Shown here one piece after another: positions 55,344 through 64,000 of a stretch of 64,000 nucleotides of DNA. A model generated the notes under the pieces. The model saw only the letters and a list, made by a program, of their open reading frames with translations, searched no databases and was not told where the DNA came from. The number at the start of each line of letters is the position of its first letter. The first letter of the stretch is position 1. Source of the stretch: Blasia pusilla (taxonomy: Eukaryota); NCBI GenBank assembly GCA_050084515.1, contig CM114271.1, positions 434,001-498,000 of the forward strand. The letters run 5' to 3'. Position numbers and translations under genes: made by a program.

Positions 55344-55456
55344 GGGTCTCCCTTTCCTTCTTTATTAATTTCTATAACAATCTTGGAACACACTATGAAC
55401 AAGAAAGATAAATATGCTAACATAGATAATCGAGATACCTTTAATTATCAAGGTTA

Positions 55457-56240
55457 TGTCGTGTGCATACACATCGCTACACAACATACATCATTGTCAC
55501 CGAACACACACACAAACACACACAAACACACACGATCCCATGCTAACTCATGGCATCGAAACAACGAGACAAGAAGTACTAAAATATCTCTTATAAAGTA
55601 AGATCCTATCTCTCTCTATACCATCTCACACCATATCTCTCAAAGGTGTGCACTCTCTCTCTCATGTCAAACTAAACCCACCCTCCTAATGAGAGGCTTG
55701 AGTTACACTCACAAGGCAAGGGATCATAGCTCCGCCGCCTCATGCCAAGAGGTTCAACAAAGAGAGAATGAGCTCTCAAGCTCTCTCTCCTTGAGGTATA
55801 CCCCTTCCCTCCTTCAAGCTCTCTCCATGGTAACCTAATCTCCCAAGTCACCTCCTTGTCTCTTGACCCGATGTAGGAGGTCAAGAGCCACTTACCAAAA
55901 ATAGAAAGTAGATCACACACTCAAAATGGTACTTACCTAAAATAGTAAGTTTTTTCAATATGGCTCCAAATGAGCCGAAACAAAGGGGAAACCTGCTCTC
56001 TTAGGTTTCTCGGGGCCATAGTAGGTCATCCTCGACCTACTGAGCCTATCATCCACTATTCATGAAGGCGCTCTACTCGATCTCCCCGATCTATCCTAAT
56101 AGACGTGACAGCTGTCATGCGCATACACATCGCTACACAACATACATCGCTGTCACTGAATACACACACAAACACGCACGATCCCATGCTAACTCATGGC
56201 ATCCAAACAACGAGACAAGAAATACTAAAATATCTCCAAT
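55457..56240 (-). repeat. 3' terminal array of copy B: b1 (56240-56113), GC, a2 (56110-55594), b2 (55593-55457)
   Basis: b1 and b2 are ~90% identical direct repeats (b2 has a 10-bp CA-rich duplication). a2 matches 26100-26615. Confidence 0.9.
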
Positions 56241-56431
56241 GGCCCCATAGTTGGTGATTAGGTCCATGTTACTCCAGATGACCCTCTATCCCTTCCTACC
56301 ACGACATACATCTCTAGGACGCTAACAACAGAAAGGCCGAGTCCTCATGTGGCCCCATCGTTAGTCGCCTTCCTGTCATCCATGTCACAGAAAAATTCGG
56401 AATCGAAACCTATATAGTATCTCGTCTATAT

Positions 56432-56566
56432 TCATCTGGGACACATCCATCGTCCCCGAGGAACCCTAGTGAGAGGTGGCGTCAGACATGCCATATGCCA
56501 ACCTCTTGAACATCCATCACAAACTAGCATCGTGGCCGCACCACGGGCAGAACCACACAACATACA
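56432..56566 (-). other. PHD finger at the C-terminus of the copy B integrase
   Basis: CMLC-x11-CDGC-x4-HMAC...PPLTRVPRGRWMCPR* fits C4HC3, with the last Cys codon replaced by TGA. Confidence 0.88.
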
Positions 56567-56759
56567 ACGCAAGCCTGCAGGAACTACTGCTAAGCTCGGA
56601 TCTACTGTACCATCAATGGTAGGAAGGTGACATGGCACGCAATTACGCACATGGTCCTTCCATACCATACCATCACGGCCCTCCAGCAAGAGAATACCGG
56701 ATGGCAAAACATCACACACTCTCAGGAGAGTGCGCCCTACAATCATATCCAACATCGTC

Positions 56760-57680
56760 GGTGCCGTCTACTGCAAGTAGACATAATCTCCCTAATGAAA
56801 CCTCATGATAGTTGGTCGATAACCACCACCCCGAATAGTCGCATACCTCAACGTATCACGATGTTGCGCAATCGCCAAGTTCTCGAACGCCATGGGCATC
56901 ACTCTTCGAAACAACTCAGCCCTGTGAGAACATGCTCGCATTCATAAATCTAGGTCATCAAGGTCTAGCACCTCACCAGTATCTCGACGAATGGCCGCAG
57001 GTAAATCTAGCTCTGAGCCATAAAGTAGCAAGTACGGTGAAAATGACGCTAAGGATGTCTGCCTGATGAATCTGTATCCCATCACCAACCAGAGCAACTG
57101 GAGGTTCCAATCTCCTAGGTGATCTCTCTGCAAGCCATACTTGTGTAAACCCCTCTTCACCATCTGCACAACTCTCTCCGCGAATCCATCCCCCTCGGGA
57201 TGATCTCGCGAAGTCGTGTGGTGGTCGATCAGCGCATGATCACACAAGGCCTGGAACTCATCACGAAACTCGGTACCTTGGTCTGTCAACACCTTAGCCG
57301 ATGCGCCATAATGACTCAGCACTTTGTCAAGGAAGGCATAAGCTACTCCCTCACTCTCTTTGTCAGGCAATGCAACCAACTCGATCCACTTCGAGAAGTG
57401 CTCGACCATCACCAACACATAACGACTGTGACGCTCCGTCAAAGGCAAAGGTCTTGCAAAATCCAAACTCCATCTATACCCTAAGCCCATGATCGGTAAT
57501 GGATGCAACTGTGTAGTCGGAGCATTGAACGATGCTTGGACCGGATCACACACCATGCACCTGGCAACAAACTGCTGAAAGTCAGTCTGCATGCCTCGCC
57601 ACCAATACTGAATTTGGAGCAAGTTGTACGTTCGCTTCACCCCAAAGTGACCCAACTTCTCGTGGGCATGCTACACTAGT
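56760..57680 (-). pseudogene. DDE integrase of copy B
   Basis: HHCC region GHFGVKRT...YWW...CMVCD. Core WSLDFARPLP...YVLVMVEHFSKW...VLTDQGTEF...HPEGDGFAERVV. Confidence 0.92.
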
Positions 57681-58069
57681 CGTGCTCTCTGCAAAGGATG
57701 CGTTACTATGCGTACTCTTCCATCCTCCCAAATCCTCAAAACATGTGTCCCCTCCCAACGGAACCGTCTGGCCCGCTCTAGGATCCGATCCCGCTCTCTA
57801 GCATCCACGGTGCTTGAAACGCTGCCAGTACAAAGGTACTCCAAGACTACTCCATCATCATGAATATCTCGGCCACTTGTCGTCTCCTCACTGGCCTCCG
57901 AATCCAAGGACTCTCCACTAGATCTCGCCATCGAAGTCTTCACACTCTGGCTCTCCATAGCCAATATGCCTAAATAGGCTGACACGTGCCATCCTGGCAC
58001 TGACTCCTCATCACTCTCTCCATGCCATCGAGCTCCAATTGCATCTCACTGACTCGGGCATGGATTACG

Positions 58070-59400
58070 ACTCAACCCATATGCATCCTGGTTGAGCGTC
58101 CCAGGTTTATGTACCACCTAAAAATCATACTCCTGCAACAAGAGAGCCCATCTCGCAAGCTTCCCTGTAAGCTTATCAGACTCCATCAACCACTTCAGTG
58201 GTTGATGATCAGTGATGATGGTAAAGGGGTTGCTGAATAAATAACATCTGAAATGGGCGACAACCCACACCGCAACCAAGAACTCACCCTCATACAAGCT
58301 GTACTTTGCCTCTACAACGTTGTTCGATCGGCTAGCGTAAGCCACCACGAACTCTCTACCCTCATCATCATGTTGGGTGTGCACCGCTCCAAGCCCCAAC
58401 ATGCTCCAATCTGTGTGCAACTAGAAAGGAAACCCCCTAATCGGTCTCCTCAAGATGGGCGCGGACATCAACCTCTCCTTGAGCAACTAAATTGCTCGCT
58501 CGTGTTCATCCCCCCAGTGCCACTCGTGATCCACCTTGGTCACCGGCTTTGCAATCAAACTCAATCCCTTGACATACCGTTGATAGAAGTTTTCCAATCC
58601 CATGAATGCGCAAACACGGCTCACATCTGTAGGGCGTGGAATGCGTGAGATAGCCTCTACCTTAGTCTACTGAACACCAAGGCCCCCTAGGTATATCGTA
58701 TGACCCAAGTTCTCAATCTGGTCGTAGAAGAACTTGCACTTGTCTGGATGTAGCTTCAGCTCATGTAATTGCAGTTGTCAAAACACCTCCTCTAGATGTC
58801 GCTCATGCTCCTCAATCGTGGCGCTAAACACTATGATGTCATCAATATAACACCTTGCAAAATCCAGACCAGCCAAGATCCGATCCATGACCCTCTAAAA
58901 ATCAACTTGGGCGTTCTTTAACCCAAATGGTAAGAACTGCCACTGGTACAAACAATCCTTCTCGTGATGATCGATGCCCCAAAATTCCGTCTTCTGCATG
59001 TCCTCTAATCTGATAGGCAGTTGATGGTATTCGGCTCGCAAATCCAATGAACTGAAGACCTTTTTGGGACCAATCGCATCAAAAATCTCCTCAAGGGTGG
59101 GCATGGCATACCTATCAAATTTTGTCTGCCGATTGATAGGTCGATAATCCCCACACATCCGCCTATCCGTCCAATTGCCATGCACATCCTTCTTGGCGGG
59201 CATGACAGTGGCAGATGCATACTCCCCATGCGAAATCTCCACCAGTCCTGCTCCGGCTAAGTCCTGGCTCCTACTCTGAATCCAAGCCCTCTCCATATAA
59301 TTGTATCTGTAGGGTCGTCGGAAGATCGGCGTATCACTCGACAACTCAATGCGTATCCCCGGTCCCTTCAGCGTACCCAAATCCTCCATGCTAAATGCAA
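58070..59400 (-). pseudogene. Reverse transcriptase and RNase H of copy B
   Basis: RRMCGDYRPIN, FSSLDLRAEYHQ, LPFGLKNA, YIDD at 58838-58849. RNase H HTDWS..GLGAV, VAYASRS, IITDHQPL, LARWALLLQEYDF. Confidence 0.93.
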
Positions 59401-59829
59401 AGTAGCTCCTATAACTCCTGAGGAACTGATGTATCCGGCACCGCTCTCATCTTGTCAACTTAGGTCCCATATCTGGCTCCGAAGTCTCTATCGTGACTAC
59501 AGTAGGACTCTTCGGTGCCAGTATCGGTGGTTGCTATGGTGCAACCCGGTCTCGAACAACAACACTTGGCCGCGCTCTTGCAGCCAACTGCAAACTCTGA
59601 TCTCCTCCATATGCAGTGCCCGGAACCACGCTCGATGTTGTGGCTTTCATCTCCTGGCGTACGTGCAAAAAATCCCAAGAAGTCCAAGGGTGTCTCTCCC
59701 CTGGTGTGTAGATCTCCTCGGGTCTCGCCCCTGGCCACTGCCTCCACCATCTCGATAGGCATGGGGCTCACCAACACAACCCCTGTGATCTGTCGCAATC
59801 TCATACGACGCTACTCAGCCACTCCCAAG

Positions 59830-60773
59830 CTGAGGATCCATATCAAGCAGTTCAGGTCCATCGCCTGACCCAAGACATGGCGTCGTGATACCTCTGACCC
59901 TGAAGGTATTTCTGTCACTCCTGTGGGAAATCCCATCGCTCAGTCTCTCTCGTCAGCGTTGGGCTCTACCAACCGCTGAACCTGGTCATCCCAAACCAAG
60001 CCAGGACCGGCCTCCTTGTATGCATAGGAAGCCGGAAAACTCACAAACGTGGGCAAGGCTGCCCGCGGCTTGCCTACCTTGTTGACCACTGTCAACAATG
60101 GTCGATCATCGTCCCTCACTGCTTGTGATGGATGACCTGGATCCAAAATGGAATCCACTAACAAATGGGAGGGGCGCTCCACTCTCGCATACACCCTCCG
60201 TAACACCGCATTGGGCACCAAGTTGGTCCACCATAGACGGGCGCAATGGGCTCTAGAACCTACACTCGCAGCATCCAAGAACAATGCTGGGCCGATCCAG
60301 GCACGCACCTGATGAGCACTTGTCCCCACCCGTGACCTGGAGTCTCCTTAGATCGGCACATTCTTCAGAATGAAGGATGGAGAACGAGATTGGTGCTCTT
60401 GCAACTGCCGAAAGACCCTCAACATCTCCCAAAATAACCTGAACCAAGTGTCAACCAACCCATTGCCTCGTCCAGCACTCGATTGGCCCTAACATGGCCA
60501 ACCGGAAATGACCAAATCAATGGTCCCTACCCGCTCTAAGTCCTACGCCCCAACAATGAAATATCCCTCGGTAGGGAACTCTCGTACCCTTATACCGCGG
60601 ATGCAGACAATAAGCCAGGAAAAATGTAGGCATAACTGCGCCACATGTCGTAGTGAGACGCGCCTCGCAACATCATCACTGTCCACATACAGGTATTGCT
60701 GTACTTGCACTCTTGGCTGCAAAACATCAGCTAACCCGGTGCTTATCCCTCCAAAGAGATCTAACACTCGAAT
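59830..60773 (-). pseudogene. Complete (motifs I-X) DNMT3-like methyltransferase domain of copy B, between protease and RT
   Basis: IRVLDLFGGISTG; YLYVDSD; DLVISGWPC*GQS; FLDAASVGSRAHCARLWWTNL; EPNADERD*AMGFPTGVT...SRRHVLGQAMD. These parallel DNMT3 IRVLSLFDGIATG / DLVIGGSPC / AHRARYFWGNL / ERVFGFP...RQRLLG. Confidence 0.9.
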
Positions 60774-61199
60774 ATCCTCCTCTGGGATACACCACAGAAT
60801 CGGTGTGGTATCCAAGGGTGTCATCGTAGCACTCCCTGCTACCTCGAGTTCCTCAGATCCGTCACACTCTGGTGCAAACGCCTCGCTCCACGCGGTCTGC
60901 ACGTGCTCATCTGCCAATCGTCGAAGCTCCTTAGTCGAGCCCCACAGCGGAACCTCTCCTCCACGGAATGATGCGGCTATCATAACACTCCTCTCCATAG
61001 AAATTTCAGGAACGGGAGTATCCTTTGCATGGACATGTCCCTCAATCAAATCACTAGGCCAAGTGATGGCATTGCTAAATGCTGCTAAGATCGCCATCTC
61101 TCCTGGCCGTTGCTCGATCACTGCACCTATGAATCAAATGGGTAATGAGCTAAGGCGCCCATCACCTGACTGCCATCCTGGTCTGTAGGATGCTGACTC

Positions 61200-61535
61200 C
61201 TCTCAGTAATCCAAGGCAAACCCCATTGGGTATAACACTGTTCCACCAACCAAGACGTTGTAGGACTCTGCATCAGTCACTATCGCCTTGGCTCGCACCA
61301 CAGACTCATCTGTAGGATGTCCTCGGTGAATCCTGACCATGACCTCCTATCGAGTGATATACTGTGTGGTACTCGCTCCACCCAAGGATTTCTGTATCCA
61401 GAATGGACAACGCTCCACATCGGCTCTCATCAAGCCCAATCCTCTGAATGACGCTTTCCCCAACGTCAGGGGTTGCGCTCCTGAATCCAACAAGACGCGA
61501 TGCGGACTAAAAGCTATACCTCCGGGACTCACCAA
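61200..61535 (-). pseudogene. Aspartic protease of copy B
   Basis: Catalytic motif VLLDSGAQ and downstream YNVLVG. Confidence 0.85.
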
Positions 61536-62168
61536 CGGGAAGACATCTTCCCACTAGGAGAAGCCACGGCACGCTCTATCGCGGGTCTAGCGGGCATCTC
61601 CGCCATCCTAGCAGCTGCAGCCTGCCATGAATCTGACGTGGATGACCCAAGCATCCGCTCCAAGGGCAGGTCCATCACCTCCTCTGCAATCACCTCTGAA
61701 CGTGATGCAGGAATTCCAACTCCACGCTCACATAGCATAGCGGCCAGCCGAAAAGCCTGAGCGGGTGTACCCCCCAACGTCATAACATTGGAAGCAAAAA
61801 AAAAGGAGCACGGTACACAATGGTGGCCGCCCCCAACAACGTACTCGAAACATACCCCTCATGAGCATCAACAATAGGAGTCGTTGCACTCGCTTCTTCC
61901 ATCGCCCTCTGTGCTTGCACACCAACAACATCACCAACTCTCTAGGAACTCTGATCAGGACCTATCGATGGGGTCCTCATTGCCTCGGACAAGACTGAGG
62001 AAGCCTAGTTTGTTTCCTGGCTTCCCCTCGTTGTGGATCCAACTCTACGGCTGCTCCACGCGTCACAACTGCGGCTGCCTCCATCTGGACAACCCCGCAT
62101 ATCCAACCAGGATCCTCCATATCTCTGGCTGCTCCATATGATGTCGATGCCACGGATCCGACATCGGG

Positions 62169-63710
62169 TTATCTCAATGCCATAGCGGCAATCCGGTCAT
62201 GTAGCTGGTGTATCTGAGCAGCCATCCTAGCCTCACGCCCGACATCTCCCTCGACGCGTCTAGGTGGTAGGACTCTACCTCCTCCACTGGCAGCTCCACC
62301 ACCGTGTCGGGCAACTCCATCTCCTCGTCCCCCAACAGGACCACCTGGTGTACGATCTCTAGGCCCACCTGGACCGACTACTCGCTCTCGTGCCCTCTCT
62401 GGCCCTCTGTCCAGACGTAACTCAAGATGTAAACTGAAACACCTGGCGCGTGTATGACCATTCCTCTGATAATAGTCACACTGATAACCTCTTGGTGCAG
62501 CACCATCTCCTCCTCCATGCTGAGGCACACGTCCATGATTTTGACGAGTGCAATCGCGCTGATGATGGGCTCCACCACATGACCAACAAGTAATAGTAGG
62601 CGGCTGTTGCTGAGCCGCATATGAAGGCACAGGTGTCTGTGGCACGGCCTCCCGGTATCCTCCCTGAGCTCGTGGTCCCACTATCGACCTATCTCGGAGT
62701 CCACGTTGTTGCACAAGTGGTGTAGACAATCGCGACTGCTCTCGCCCAGAACCCATGGTGGCTACGCTCTCCTCCGCCATGTTGCGCTCAATATTCTCGG
62801 CAGTCCTAAAAATATTTCTCAATGTAGGGGAGGTGTTCATAAGAAGCACTCCCTCCCGCACCCGTGTCCGCAGGGTCCGGTCCAGCTTTGCGTACCATGA
62901 CTGGATAGCCTGAGCCTCTGTCACCCCCTGAGTGACGTTGATCAACCGGCGCAAGCGAGTATAAGCCTCACGCAAACTCTCACTCGGGCGCCTCTGGAAG
63001 TCGTGGATGGTCCGCAACTTCTTCGTCCGTACCCCTAGGTAGCTCACCCTCAACTCAGCAAAGAACTCAACCACAGGGTTGAACCTGGGACGAACCCGAC
63101 TACATGGTGCAACTGCTCCCGTGCGAGTGATCCCTCCTAAAATGTCACTAGTGGAAGAGGAAGTTTCCTCTCGTGACTCCTCCTCCTCATCTGGGAACGG
63201 CTCCGTCCATGACACATAATGTAGGTCATAGTAGAGCCTCCACGCCTCGATCTCACGTACATATCTCTGAGAGAACTCATGGTAATCGTCCATGGGCGCC
63301 CCCTCTAAATGTTAGAACATACCATTCTATGCTGTAAACCGGTTGAACTCTCTAAAGTTCCTAGCCAGTTGGGAGTCGCACCAACTCCTTAACTCTGCTA
63401 TGAAATCGTGCAACTCAATCGTACCTACTGCACCTGAAAACCTACGCGTTCCTCTACCCCCGTCGTCCATCTCGTCCGCCCAACTGGTAGGACCACTCAC
63501 AATGTGTAGCGATATGCTCACAAACTCCTCTACACCCTCCCCCTCGTCTGACGATGACACAAAAGGAGGTCGAGGTGGTCCCTCACGTGGAGACCCTTGG
63601 AACCTCGCGCCACTCCGCGTAAAACCTCTACAGCTACTCTCGGGTTCACCACCTCGCCTCTCAAAGTCCCGAACGGACGCCGTGATGACCCTCGCGCCCC
63701 TCTCACCCAA
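62169..63710 (-). pseudogene. gag: gag of copy B
   Basis: ORFs 63327-63710 and 62169-63293: FSGAVGTIELHDF, QRRPSESLREAYTRL, knuckles CWSCGGAHHQRDC and CDYYQRNGHTRARC. Confidence 0.85.
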
Positions 63711-64000
63711 TTACTCTCTCCTTGCGAATAATCCCTCAATCACTCATCCCAAACATGCAGCACTCGATCTACACTCTCCCTCCCGTAGACGTGTAACGTG
63801 CGGCAACAAGCGGCGTGGTCCGGAAAATCAACCAGGCTATCATCTCATCGACAACCTACCCTCAACTGTGGACATGCCACACATGTCTATGTCCCCTTAA
63901 CCACATACATAAATAATGCTCTCAACATCCACACACCCAATATCCGCAAATAAGCTACCAAAATCCGAGAATCCCTCACACGTGCAGGGTAACAACCTGA

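Larger units (their letters stand above)
55457..64000 (-). mobile_element. Copy B: near full-length, degenerate Ty3/gypsy-type retrotransposon, Gag-PR-DNMT-RT-RH-INT-PHD; 5' end lies off-window
   Basis: Domain order PR-RT-RH-INT is Ty3/gypsy. The 3' terminal array is b-a-b ending in ...CACGACA. Homologous to copy A. Confidence 0.93.

Noticed and set aside
59830-60773. DNMT as a host DNMT3/DRM gene or a bacterial restriction-modification methylase
   Set aside because: It is intronless, collinear within Pol in two independent insertions, has non-permuted motif order (unlike DRM) and has no neighbouring restriction gene.
55457-64000. Copy B as a DIRS/PAT/Ngaro tyrosine-recombinase element
   Set aside because: It encodes an aspartic protease and an HHCC-DDE integrase, I see no tyrosine recombinase, and the family makes a TSD.

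Overview
This window is eukaryotic nuclear DNA from a land plant; a non-seed plant such as a liverwort or other bryophyte is my tentative reading. It holds four intact host genes on the + strand: a 5-exon Golgi syntaxin (SYP3/Sed5 type), an intronless RTF2 with an N-terminal ubiquitin-like domain, an 8-exon DUF2232 membrane protein and a 15-coding-exon nucleolin. Between them lies decayed transposon sequence: LINE, hAT and Helitron remnants and a solo LTR. The most notable content is two copies of one Ty3/gypsy-type family. Copy A spans 26100-31580 (+) and is internally deleted; copy B spans 55457 to beyond 64000 (-) and is degenerate but nearly full length. The ancestral polyprotein reads Gag - protease - DNMT3-like C5 cytosine methyltransferase - RT - RNase H - DDE integrase - PHD finger. 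Taken together, the two copies do not show ordinary LTRs but a split-direct-repeat layout (a-internal-b-a-b), with a palindromic CA-GC-TG junction, TG...CA ends, a 4-bp target duplication and no visible PBS or PPT. Secondary observations are a ~340-bp fold-back hairpin downstream of RTF2, a locally templated insertion, a cleavable-looking LRLRGG site in RTF2 and a four-tier G-quadruplex motif in the nucleolin leader. All calls come from manual reading and translation; no database searches were run.
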